Source of the DNA: Felis catus
Lineage: Eukaryota
Assembly: GCF_018350175.1 (NCBI RefSeq)
Contig: NC_058375.1
Coordinates: 35,216,001 to 35,280,000, forward strand
Direction: 5' to 3'
DNA length: 64,000 nucleotides
Positions 48,400-64,000 of the stretch are shown here, piece by piece. Under the pieces are notes generated by a model, which ran no database searches, was not told the origin of the DNA, and was given only the letters and a program-made list of their open reading frames with translations. Position 1 is the stretch's first letter, and the number at the start of each line of letters is the position of its first letter. A program made the position numbers and the translations under genes.

Positions 48400-49229
48400 T
48401 GAAAATAAAACATCCAGTTATTTTACCAGCAAAATGGGTTTATTAAAAAAATAGAGGAATTGCAATTCAGGGCATGCAAGCTATAGCAAACCATAGGCAA
48501 GTCTAGAAAACAAAGAAAAGGAATGTTATTTCATAGAGAAAAAGGAGGATGTTGAGAGGGGCTACTTTGAACAAAAGTCCACTGGAGGCTGGTGATTTTT
48601 TTCTCATTGGCTGAGTTGTGGCATCTTCTCATTGGCTGGGCTGTTGCTATTCAAAGAAAAAGTCTTTCTCCCTCTTGCAGGGGTAGTAAGGTAGGTTCTG
48701 TGTTGTTGGAAAATGCAAGGTATGCTTCTTCCTTTTGGGGTCTGCAATTGAGGACAAATTGCTAGGGTGTGAGAACTACCCCCCTTCTGGCCTACAGACT
48801 ATTTTATTTTATTTTATCTTATTTTATCTTATTTTTGAAGGGGGAGGGGCAGGGGAAGAAGGAGAGAGAGAATCTTAAGCAGGCTCTATGCTCAGTACGG
48901 AGCCCAGCTTGGGGCTTGGGGCTCGATCTCATGACTGTGAGAGCATGACCCGAAGCGAAATCAAGAGTCAGATGCTTGGGGCACCTGGGTGGCTCAGTCG
49001 GTTGAGCTTCCAACTTTGGCTCAGGTCATCAGGCTCACTGCTGTCAGTGCAGAGTCCATTTCAGATCCTTTGTCCCCCTCTCTCTGCCCCCCCACCCCGC
49101 CACTGCCCCGCTTACACTCTTTCAAAATAAACATAAAAAAAAAGAGAGAGAGAGAGTGATGCTTAACTGACTGAGTCACTCAGGTGCCCCCAGACTCTAT
49201 TTTACATGGTTTTCCTGTATTCAGTTTCA
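48400..49229 (-). mobile_element. ERV1-like solo LTR containing a SINE-in-SINE insertion
   Basis: TG...CA bounded element with CCAAT boxes and AATAAA on the minus strand. It is interrupted by a SINE(-) at about 48810-49190 that itself contains a SINE(+) at about 48977-49150. Confidence 0.6.
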
Positions 49230-50875
49230 CAACCTCAAAGGCTGGAATTGGCCTACTTGGGCCTAAACAAGGGCTTGAGCCCAGGACCATAGTCCTGTGC
49301 ACTGGCCACACTGCCAGGCTTCTAGTCCAGGCTCTGAGACTTGGCTTGACCATCCCCCATCCCTACCCCATAGAGTTGACAAGGCCACAGGCCTGGGACT
49401 CAGGCCTAGCGACGCAGACCTCCCTCAGCCCTGTGTCCAGCATCTTGACTCCTAAGGGTGCCTAGCATCCTGAGTGGCCATTTGTTTTTTGGTTTTGTTT
49501 TGTTTTGTTTATTTTTTTTAACGTTTATTTATTTTTGAGACAGAGAGAGACAGAGCATGAACGGGGGAGGGTCAGAGAGAGGGAGACACAGAATCTGAAA
49601 CAGGCTCCAGGCTCTGAGCTGTCAGCACAGAGCCCGACGCGGGGCTCGAACTCACAGACCGCGAGATCATGACCTGAGCCGAAATCGGACGCTTAACCGA
49701 CTGAGCCACCCAAGCGCCCCCTGAGTGGCCATTTGTACTTCTAGGCCTCAATTTCTTCATCTGTTAAACAAAGGAAATAATATTTGAGGCACCAGCTCAA
49801 TTACCCACCCAGTGGTGAGGTCATCCACAAAAACCCAGGAGTGGTAGTCCCACTCTGACCTGTATTGAGAAGCTCCTTCCCCCACATTGTGAGCTGATTC
49901 TTACAAGCATTTCTGAAAGAGAGGAACATGGAGAGGTGATTAGGAGCACAAGCTTAGGAGTCAGACAAACCTGGGTTTGAATTCTAGTTCTCTGTAGCCT
50001 TGTAAGAGTTACCTAATCTCTCTGAACTTCTGTTTCCTCCTCTATAAAACAAGATCAATAACACCTTCCACATAGGGCAATTGGGATTATTCAAAAAAAA
50101 CAATATCCAGAGCCTGGAGCACTGCAGGCATTGAGCCTGGGCTGCTATTACCATGAAAAGCCAAATCTGTTCTCTTTGGTTTCTACCTGTTAGTCCTCTG
50201 TTGTGTCCCAGAACCAGGCAATCCTTCAGAGATGAAGAGGCAGAGACGTTTCACCTGAAACCCTGCCAGCCTGTCCCCAAGCCAAACAGTGCCAGGTCCT
50301 GGCTTTTAAACTGGATATACAAGGCCTTTTGAGATGACCCCATCTCTGCTCCCATCACCAGCCTCTGGTCTAGCTCCTTTTCACTGCTTCTGCAAGGTCC
50401 AGCTCAGAGCATCCTCAGGGAAGCTGTCCATGATCTTCCCCAGATCACTCCCCAACGCACTCTAGGTTTCGTCTCTCAGCAGCAAATCACAGTGGGCTGT
50501 GTGACCTGTCTGCAGGGGTCATCTCCTTCCAGCCTGTGTGGCCCTTGAGGACAAGATTGTACCTTTTTTTTTTTTTTTTTTTAGTTTATATATTTTGAGA
50601 GAGAGAGTGCAAGCAGGGAGAGGGGCAGAGAGAGAGAGGGAGAGAGAGAATCCCAAGCAGGCTCTGCGCTGTCAGCTCAGAGCCCAACCTGGGGCTCAAT
50701 CTCCAAATCAGTGATATCGTCACCTGAGCCACAATCAAGAGTCAGACACTTAACTGACTGAGGCACCCAGGCACCCAAGGACAGGATTGTATCTGATTCA
50801 TCTTGATAGAGCTGGGGAGTCCTTGAGCCCAAGCAGGCTTTTCTTTTCTTTTCCTTTCTTTTCTTTATCTTTCTT

Positions 50876-50906
<31 letters not shown>

Positions 50907-51073
50907 CATTTTTAACCTGAAAGACATCTGGCCTTCCTTCCCCTTTTTCTGTAAGAACCTTCCTGGATGAACAAGGTTTGGAAACCTACTCATGGCCAGA
51001 AGAGTTATGTTCTCTTTCCAGGGCCCAGGTGAGCCAGGTGAGATGTCAATATGAGGAAAGAACTGGACTCAGG

Positions 51074-51074
<1 letters not shown>

Positions 51075-51110
<36 letters not shown>
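51075..51110 (+). repeat. (TG)18 microsatellite
   Basis: Read directly from the sequence. Confidence 0.95.
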
Positions 51111-51114
<4 letters not shown>

Positions 51115-52742
51115 AGAGGTCTGGAATACCAAGGATCTTTCCCAGGGAGGGTGAGATACCAGCTCTGGGGACTCAGCCATCATGGCCATGCATCCCTTCC
51201 CAAGCTCTGATCTGGGGCTTTCCTAGAGCATTCTGAGCTTCATACCACTTAAAGAGTCTAGTTGTCTAGGCACCCAGGCCCTGGGACTGAAGGAACTCAG
51301 GCTCTGAGGTCCTGGGAGCTTCCGTCAATACTCCTTTAGGGCATCCCAGGCTGCTGCATTTCAATCATTGCCCTCATTCACTTCTGTGGCCCTCACCTTC
51401 CTGACTGTTACCAACACTCTGGATCACTGGGCTGTGAAATTTCCCACAGAGCCATGGATAAAGGTACAGGACTAGAAGACTTGCTCCAGGAAGGGGCAGT
51501 CCCCAATCCCCACCCAGCCCCTCCCTCCTGAGTCACCTTATCTCCCTTCCCAGCTGCTGACAAATCCCTTTGGTTTATGGTCCAGGAGAGGGAACCATTC
51601 CACCTGTAAATCATTTACTCCACCCATCTTTATCATTCCTCTAGTTCTTGCCTCTCATCCTCTTCTGGTCCTACCCACCAATGACCCTCTCCCCTCTTCA
51701 CAGCCCAGAGTTGGATATATGGCTTGACAGTTTACAGCATGGAGTTTGGAGCCAGACTGCCCAGATTTTCAAATCTGAACTCCACTGTGAACTACCTTTG
51801 TGACCTTGAGCAAGCTGTTTTACCTTTCTGTGTTTAATTTCCCCATGGGGAAATAGGGATGATAATACCTTTCTCATAGAGTTGTGAATATCAAATGAAT
51901 TAATATTTAGAAAGTGCTCAGAATAGCACATGGTAAGTATGAAACACTACTGTAGCTATTAGCATCTGTCTGGTTTGGCTTTAGCACTTCTACCTTTGCA
52001 CCCACCAAAGACACCTGTGATCTTATTGCTTATTCCAACAGCCCCCTCCTAGTTCTAACCTTACTTGGCAGCTCTCATTCTTGAAAGACTCCCTTGATCT
52101 CTGTGACCTGACACTGTGAAGAGATTCTGACTCTGAGCTGCCAAGGGAGCAAGGAGTGTGGGACATGTGCTCAACTAGGGGCAGAGGAGCCTGACAGAAT
52201 CCTCTGGGGGATGAGGACCCAGAGAATTCAGAAAAACCTCAGCTTGGGCAGAGGTTGTGAGAGTCTTGGGGGAAGGAGAAAGAGCACTAATAAGAGGGAC
52301 ATGGAGACATGGAGCAGTGTAGAAGGAGGACAGGTACAAGGACAGAGAACCAATGATCCCCAGAAAAGTCAGGCAATGGTGAATAGTGAAGTCAGACATC
52401 TTGGATTCAGATCTTAGTTCTACCCCTCGGTAGCTGTATATGACCTTGAGTAAGCAGCTTAACCCCTTGAGTCTCAGTTTCTTCATCTGGGAAATGGGGG
52501 TAATAATCACATGCATATCATAAGGCTACTGTGAGCAGTCCGTAACATAAATGCTTAGCCCAGTTCCTGGTGCATGGTAGGTGCATAAGATTTATTCATG
52601 GTAGCATATATTGCACTGAGGGAGGAGGCAGAGGAAACTTCCAGGCCTTTCAGTTACAACATCCAGCAGGATCTCCTCCTTGTGTGCTGGCCTCTGGAGG
52701 AGGGCTCAAAAACCTTGATAACCTCCGAGGGGGAGAAGACAG

Positions 52743-53514
52743 TGAAGAGTAACAGAATATGGCACCCAATATGCCACTTAGGCATATTGACTATTTTGAA
52801 CTGTAGCTACATGCAAAACAGCAAGTGCAGGGAGAAGCTTTCTCTGAACTCCCCTTATCTTTCTAAAGATGGATCTCTACAAGGACTCAATGGGAATGAA
52901 TCCCCTTCCTGGGAGTTTCTTCTTATATCACAGGAGAGGAGACTAGAAGTGTATACCATATCCAGACAAACTTTGTCACAAATGATCATATCTCCCAACC
53001 ATTCTTCTAAGGACCCATTCAGTTTTTCCAGAAATCATTTACTCTTCCCCAAGAGGTCTATATTTCCCTTCCCTTTTCCCTATTAAGATGGTATTTAAGG
53101 GGCGCCTGGGTAGCTCAGTTGCTTAGGCATCTGACTTCAGCTCAGGTCATGACCTCACCGTTCCTTAGTCCGAGCCCTGTGTCAGGCTGTGTGCTGACAG
53201 CTCAGGTCCTGGAGCCTGCTTTGGATTCTGTGTCTCCCTCTCTCTCTGCCCCTCCCCTGCTCATGCTCTGTCTCTCTCAAAAATAAAAAAAAATAAAAAA
53301 TAAAAACATTTTTAAAAAAAGATGGTATTTAAGCCTGAATTCTAAACAACATGAGAGACTTACTCATTTTTCCCTCAGTATCTCCCATTCTCCCCTGCAT
53401 ACATAAGTTATACATGTTAATAAACTTCTGTTTGTTTTTCTTTTGTTAATGTTTTTGTTGGAGAGTTTAATCTGAAGACTAAGATGGATGGAGGTAAAAT
53501 TTTGACTCCTATAC
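52743..53514 (+). mobile_element. ERV1 (MER34-like) solo LTR interrupted by a CAN-SINE
   Basis: Starts TGAAGAGTAACAGAATATGGCACCCAATATGCC, has AATAAA at about 53419 and ends CCTATACA. The SINE at about 53099-53318 has TSD AAGATGGTATTTAAG. Confidence 0.75.
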
Positions 53515-55130
53515 AAAGTCCTAACCCCAGTACCTTAGAATGTGACTGTATTTGGAGACTGAACCTTTCAAGAAGAAGTTAAATTAAAAGGAGGCTGTTA
53601 GGTGGGCCCTAATCTGATTTGAGAAGAAGAAGAGATTAGGTGTTTTTATGAGAAGAAGAGATTAGGACACACAGAAAAGAAGATCATGTCGATAAAGGGG
53701 ATTAAGAGGTATAAATTTTCAGTTATTAAATATGTAAGTAACGCAGAAATGAAAAGTATAGCATAGGGAAATAGTCAATATTACAAAAATGTTGTATGGT
53801 GACACATGGTGACTACAGTTATGGTGGTGAGCACTGAGTAATGTGTAGAATTGGCAAATCCATATGTTGTATACCTGAAACTAATATAACATGTATGTCA
53901 ATTATACTTAAGTTAAAAAAAAAAAAAGACTGGGGTGCCTGGCTGGTTCAGTCAGTAGAGCATTTGACTCTTGATCTCAGGGTTGTAAGTTCAAGCTCCA
54001 ACTTGGCATGGAACCCACTAAAAAAAAAGGAAGAAGAAGAAGAAAGACTATTAAGTCAGAGGGAGAAGACTATCACCTACAAACTAAGAGAGAGTCCTCA
54101 GAAGAAATTGTTAAACAAAATCAACTGGGGCACCTACGTGTCTCAGTCGGTTAAGTGAACAACTCTTATTTCAGCTCAGGTTACGATTTCACAATTCCTG
54201 GGATCAAGCCCTACATTGGGCTCTGCACTAACAGCACAGAGTCTGCTTGGGATTCTCTCTGCCTCACTATCTGCCCCCCCCCCAACCCCCACCGTGTGCT
54301 CTTGCTCTCTCTCAAAATAAAAATTTTTTTAAATAATAAAAATTTTAAAATTCAACTAAGTAAATTTGAAGATCTAATTGACTTTATTAAACAAAGCATG
54401 AATCAGGCAGCATCCCATCTAGGAAGCTGAGGGGTCTTTGAGGAGTTGTACAAAATGGAAAGTTGTTATAGGAAGCAGTGTGGGGCAAGAAAGAAGCAAA
54501 AGAAAATAAAGAATTGTTTCTTGCAAGGTCACTTTCTCTTAGGAGGAAGAGCAGGGGGTCTTATCATGCAGATCACCTCATCTTTCTTTGGGAGATGGAG
54601 AGGGTCCTATGCAAGATTTATTGGCACCTATCAGAAAATTCCTGACAGGTTAAAATTTGTATTTTTGGGGGAGATTGAAACTGCAATTAGGTTAGGTATT
54701 AAGCTCTGGCTTAGCGACTTTGCCTGGCCCAAGTAACACCATTTGAGGTCTGTGGTTTTCTTTTTAAATTTTTTTTTTTTTCAACGTTTATTTATTTTTG
54801 GGACAGAGAGAGACAGAGCATGAACGGGGGATGGGCAGAGAGAGAGGGAGACACAGAATCGGAAACAGGCTCCAGGCTCTGAGCCATCAGCCCAGAGCCT
54901 GACGCGGGGCTCGAACTCACGGACCGCGAGATCGTGACCTGGCTGAAGTCGGACGCTTAACCGACTACGCCACCCAGGCGCCCCTGTGGTTTTCTTTTTA
55001 ACAGAATCAGCCTGTCAATACCTTGAACTTGGACCTCCAGCCTCCAGAATTATGAGAAAATAAATTTCTATTGGTTAAGCCACCTAGTGTGTAGTATTTT
55101 TTTTTATGGCAACCCTACCAAACTAGTACA
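53515..55130 (+). mobile_element. MLT1A/B-like LTR split by an L1 3' fragment, SINEs and a second LTR (54109-55003)
   Basis: MLT1 segments AAGTCCTAACCCCAGTACCTTAGAATGTGACTGTATTTGGAG (53515), GAAGACTATCACCTACAAAC (about 54065) and CCAGCCTCCAGAATTATGAGAAAATAAATTTC...AAACTAGTACA (55037-55130). Confidence 0.7.
54768..54984 (-). mobile_element. Young feline CAN-SINE
   Basis: Perfect TSD TGTGGTTTTCTTTTTAA at 54751-54767 and 54985-55001. Confidence 0.95.
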
Positions 55131-56559
55131 AAGACATTTTACTTTATTTTCCAAATATAAAATTGCAAAATCAAATATGCCTTTTCAAACTACACATGCT
55201 TCAGCTCCATTTTCCCCACAGATCTGTCCTTTCTGGCCCACTGCCACCATCTCCCCACTGGAAAATTGTCAACTTGTAGGATAAAAGTCAAACTCCTGAG
55301 TATGGTACTTAAGGCCCACCCCTCACCCCTCACTCCCCCTGAGAGTAACTAGAAATTCTCCACATTTCAGGATGTTTGGTTTCTTCCATCAGTGGCCATG
55401 AAGGGCGAGGGTAGAGAAGTAGGACTTTGTGGGCCTGATGAAGGATTGGGTGGGCTGGTGACATGGAAGGAGGATGAAATGGAGATGACACTAAGGGTAA
55501 GGAGACCAGCAAGATGCTGTGGCAATAATCCGAACCAGAGACTGCAACTCAGATTAGGCTGTGAGGGGAACATGGGAAGTGGGTACTTTTCAGAGATTTT
55601 TATCTTTGGGGAGATAAAACTGACAGGAACTGGGTACGCAGTAAGTATTTATTGACTTTCCTGGCTACTCTTTCTAAAGCAAGCTCTTTGATTACTTTTC
55701 TGTTTACCTCCTTCATAACTTTTCAAAGCCTGCGATTACCTTGTTGGCATACTTGCCAATTGTCTGTTTCCATCAAGCAGAATGTAAACTAAATGAGGGC
55801 TGCAACCTTGACCAGTCTTATTCATCCAAGTGCTTGGCACTTAGCAGTTGCTCTCAATAAATCTTTGAGGATTGAATGGCTTAATAATTGACTGAATAGT
55901 ACAGAGTGAGGGCAGAGAAATGAGAGGGAAAGGCCAGGGGAAGCCTGTGAAACTGGAACAAATACTCGAGAGGGGTTAAGACCCCACCTCTCTCTGTCTC
56001 TGGCCCTGGAAAGGGCAGGCATGAACTAGGGGTCCAGCAGTCCAGTTGGCTCCAGAACCACCTGCCCAATTGTCCATAGCTAGATTTGAGAAAATCCAAT
56101 TCTCATTCTTCACTTTCTGGCCTCTGGCTGCTGACTCCAGGCAGTGGGAGTTTTCAGGGAAGGGTAATAGGGGACCCTACCAGAACTGGAGACCTGTTCC
56201 TCAAGAATGTGTAAGAGAGGGTAGCCTGGTTGGCTCAGTCGGTTAGCGTGGGACTTCGGCTCAGGTCATGATCTCACAGTTCATGAGTTCGAGCCCCACA
56301 TTGGGCTCTCTACTGTCAGCGCAGAGCCCGCATTGTATCCTCTGTCCCCCTCTCTCTCTGCCCCTCCCAGCTTGTGCGCGGGCGCCCTCTCTTTCTCAAA
56401 AATAAACATTAAAAAAAAAAAAAAAAGAATGTGGAAGAGGGTTGTAGAAGATGCGGCCTGGCACATAATAAAAACCTTGAATGCCGGTCTCTGTTTGACC
56501 ACAAAACTTGGCGTGGCAGTCTCCTACCCACCCCTCCCCGTCCCAAGCCAGGCTCCGGA

Positions 56560-57202
56560 GTGTGCAATTCTTCCCAAGCCCTAAAGGGGGTGGCACCGGG
56601 CTGCGCCCGCGGGCTCTGGCCGAGGGCAAGGGACCAGCGGAAGGGCTCGCGCCCTTAAAGGGGAATTTTGGTGACTCCCGCTGGCGAAAGCGAGCGCCGC
56701 CCCTGCCTCTCCCTTCCCGCCAGGATTGCTTGTCCATCTAGTTGCCTGGCGGAGACTCCGGATACCCAGCCCCCTTCGGACTTCAGCATAAGCCCCGAAG
56801 GATGGGGAAAGAAAGAGACCTCCATTAAAGGGACTCTCGGTCACCAGGGCGTGGGGCTAGGGGTACGGAGAAACGGCTGCTCCCTACATGCTTGGTGCCT
56901 ACCAGCAGAGTTGCCTCTTTAAGGCTTGGGTAGGAGGCTGGGTCTGAACTTGCGTTGGGTGGGAGGACGAGCTTCTTGGTGACGTAAGACCTGAGGAGGG
57001 GCGTGCCTTCTGAGTGACTCGTCGCCTGGAAGGGGGCGGGCTCTTAATGACGAAACTCCGGGGAGGAGACAGGCGTTCATTGATAAAAACGCCGGGCTCC
57101 CTCGGGCGCGAGCGCAGCGTAGCAAATCCAGGCAGTGCCACGCGCGGCCCGGGCCTGGCGGAACAGAAACAAGCCGGGCCCGCGCTGCGACGCACCGCCT
57201 GC
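56560..57202 (+). promoter_or_regulatory. PLK3 CpG-island promoter
   Basis: Perfect CArG box CCATTAAAGG 56822-56831, CRE-like TGACGTAA 56980-56987, AP-1-like TGAGTGACTC 57011-57020, GC box at about 57033, TATA-like GATAAAAA at about 57083. Confidence 0.7.
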
Positions 57203-61759
<4,557 letters not shown>

Positions 61760-61997
61760 GCCCCAACCTGCAGAGCAGGCCTTGACCTAAAGCCTCAGGG
61801 CTGAGGCCTGTGCCTGTAAGGCTCTGGCCTTTGCCTCTGTGGGCCTCCCTGTCCCTTCGGTGCCTCACTGGGGGCTGTGGGCCGAATCCCCCAGGGAATC
61901 AGGGACCAGCTTTACTGCGGTTGGAGTCTGCCTGTCTCGGCAGCCTCCTACCCCTTCTCCAAGAAAAGCCTGAGCCTTAGTCCCCAGCTAGGGGACG

Positions 61998-62041
61998 TTA
62001 TTTATGGACCACTTTTATTTATTGACAGACATTTATTTATT
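61998..62041 (+). promoter_or_regulatory. Three AU-rich elements in the PLK3 3' UTR
   Basis: TTATTTAT 61998-62005, TTATTTATT 62015-62023 and TTATTTATT 62033-62041; the last two are ZFP36/TTP-type nonamers. Confidence 0.8.
62014..62041 (-). terminator. Probable DYNLT4 poly(A) signals
   Basis: Four minus-strand AATAAA hexamers (TTTATT at 62036-62041, 62032-62037, 62018-62023, 62014-62019), the first ones downstream of the DYNLT4 stop. Confidence 0.65.
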
Positions 62042-62076
62042 GGGATTGAGCCCCAGGGAGGGCCTCCTCCTGGGAT

Positions 62077-62082
62077 AATAAA
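62077..62082 (+). terminator. PLK3 poly(A) signal
   Basis: First AATAAA downstream of the PLK3 stop codon. Confidence 0.8.
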
Positions 62083-62109
62083 CCGTTTTTGCATAACTTG
62101 GAGGCCTCT

Positions 62110-62769
62110 TCACTCGTAGTAGAGCCCATGGACCACGGCCACGGCGAAGAGCGAGGCGTTGGTGAAGGCGGCGGAGGCCAGACCATCGCATTCGGTGTCC
62201 CAGAGTGCGCGGCTGACCACGTGCACGCCCTGGCCGGCGCGCGGCCCCAGCACCACGCTGCACACTAGCTTGTAGCGCGGGGGACTGATCTCACGCAGGC
62301 GCACGCGTACCAACTCGCACAGCTCCTGAGCCAGAGGCCCGGCCTCTGCACCCGAGTAGCACGCATTGTGCAGCCTCGCCGCCAGCGCTGCCTCCAGGGC
62401 GCACTGTAAGCGCGAGGCTTCCCAGCGCTCCCCTGGCGCTGGCTCTGTGCGGTAGGAGGGTGCCACCTGACGCACGGGCGCTAGGGGCAACCCAGAGAAG
62501 CTAACCCTGGAGCCCAAAAGAGGAACTGGGCCCAGAGATGGTCGCCGACCCCCAGGACCCACGCCTGGTCCGGCCAGCGAGTTGCGGCGTGAGAAGGACG
62601 AGGCTGGGCCCAGCACAGAGCCGCGGCGGGAGGCCGGGCCCAGACTTGCTAGTCGGGCCTCTTCAATACTGGGCAGGTGGCCTGGAGGCCTCACCGGTGA
62701 TAGTTTCAGCCCGGGGTCTTTGGTAGTATCCTCCTCCTGGCGTCCTGGGGGCACAGACCTGCCAGCCAT
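62110..62769 (-). CDS. DYNLT4: Dynein light chain Tctex-type 4 (TCTEX1D4), one coding exon, 219 aa
   Basis: ATG at 62769 (MAGRSVPPGRQEED) lies just after a CAG acceptor at 62774-62776. Contains the PP1-binding RVSF motif and a C-terminal Tctex-1 domain (PRYKLVCSVVLG...SRALWD...VHGLYYE). The ORF-track start at 62793 is intronic. A CAG|GTAAG donor at 62884/62883 suggests an upstream non-coding exon. Confidence 0.95.
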   Translation of the reverse strand: MAGRSVPPGRQEEDTTKDPGLKLSPVRPPGHLPSIEEARLASLGPASRRGSVLGPASSFSRRNSLAGPGVGPGGRRPSLGPVPLLGSRVSFSGLPLAPVRQVAPSYRTEPAPGERWEASRLQCALEAALAARLHNACYSGAEAGPLAQELCELVRVRLREISPPRYKLVCSVVLGPRAGQGVHVVSRALWDTECDGLASAAFTNASLFAVAVVHGLYYE

Positions 62770-64000
62770 GGACCTGCCGGCTAGAAGACCCACACATAGA
62801 CGGGATGGCCTAAACTGGCCGTCTGTACCACATCCAGTCTTTCACTCCGTGATAAGGGTTTTTACCCCCTAACCCCTTCTTACCTGTGTTTTTGGGACAG
62901 GTGAATCAAATTGTCCCCAGCTGCGTGGATTCCTAGGTGCTTAGAGGATTAAGGGCTGTTAGGGACATAAGCGATGCTGCTCAGACTATCATCTTGGGGT
63001 TGCCCCTGTCCCCTTGAGCTCCACTTTCCCCTGGGCACTATGGAGGTTTGCTAAGTGAGCTCTAAATAAATACACCTCCTTTTCTCTCTTCCACCTGACT
63101 TCTCCAGCAGAAGGGAGATGAACCTCCCCTTTGTTTTCCTCAGCCTAGATAGTGGTGCCTCAAACCCCTAACCAGAGGGAGACACAGACCAACTCCTTCA
63201 ACCCCACAGATCCTTTTAGCCCTGTGTCTAGAATCCAGACACCTTCGACCCCTACCTGCTTCTAGCGTGGCTGGCACAAAGATCTCTCCTACAATTGGTT
63301 CAGGCTGGATGGAGGCAGGTGACTCAGGAAGCTCCTTCCACCCTCTCCAGTTGGCCTCTGGCCCTACCTCCAGAATTAGTTCTGGGATGAATGCCCTCTT
63401 CTCCCGAAACTCCCACAGGAAACTGAGTCACCTGCAGCCTTTGGCCTCCAAACTCTCTCCTAGCTCCACAGCCCTTCCTCACCCAGCTGGCCTGACTGGC
63501 AGACGGGAAGGTAATGGCCCCTTGTGTTGTGGAGTTGCCCTGGGTTACTGGGAAGGCACTCCTGTTTTTTGGTTTCCTCCTTCCAGTCCTGGCTCTGGCT
63601 TAACTTGGAAGTGTTACTACACAGTACATGCTGTGTGCGGGGTGCCTGGGTCATCAGGCAAGAGGAGATAACAGGGGCCTAGAACCCCTGTACTGAGGGG
63701 GCAGATGTAGAGAGGGGCTCTGGTCAGAAAGGTATTCCCCTACACCAGGACTCTTGAGCCACTGTCCATTTCTCCCCTTCTGAAGGCTGGCTCTGAAGCT
63801 GTGAGCAAGTTGCAGAGGCCTGGTGTATGGGGAGACCTTGAGGCTGTAGGGGTGGCTGTTCAGGAATCAGGATCTTCCCCCACAGGAAGAAGAACGTCAT
63901 GGCTCTATCCTCTCCCCATTAGCCTCAACAAGGACAAACATTTCCGCTCTCTGTGCAGAGCTGGGGTGGGGTTTGGATGACTTCCTCAGCTCAGGGCTGT

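Noticed and set aside
63267-64000. Start of BTBD19 or the 134-aa ORF 63267-63671
   Set aside because: No BTB-like sequence is recognisable; the BTBD19 coding start probably lies beyond the window.

Overview
This is mammalian genomic DNA from a felid (dense feline-type tRNA-derived CAN-SINEs), syntenic with human 1p34.1. I reconstructed five intact protein-coding genes by hand from GT-AG boundaries: KIF2C (+, 21 exons, 723 aa), RPS8 (+, 6 exons, 208 aa), BEST4 (-, 9 coding exons, 473 aa), PLK3 (+, 15 exons, 646 aa) and DYNLT4/TCTEX1D4 (-, one coding exon, 219 aa). RPS8 introns host the C/D snoRNAs SNORD55, SNORD46, SNORD38A and SNORD38B. A degraded processed RPL35A pseudogene, missed by the ORF track, lies at about 3.75-4.64 kb. 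The rest is SINEs, L1/L2/MIR fragments, solo LTRs, MER5A-type DNA transposons and two N-gaps; most ORFs in the track are repeat-derived or GC-rich artefacts. I see no clearly new gene system. The best leads are regulatory or structural: PLK3 AU-rich elements that read as DYNLT4 poly(A) signals on the opposite strand, a CAG|GTAAGA dual-specificity splice site at PLK3 exon 9, two SINE-into-SINE insertions at the same host position, and a structured element in KIF2C intron 17. Gene and repeat family names come from my recognition of the sequences, not from a database search.
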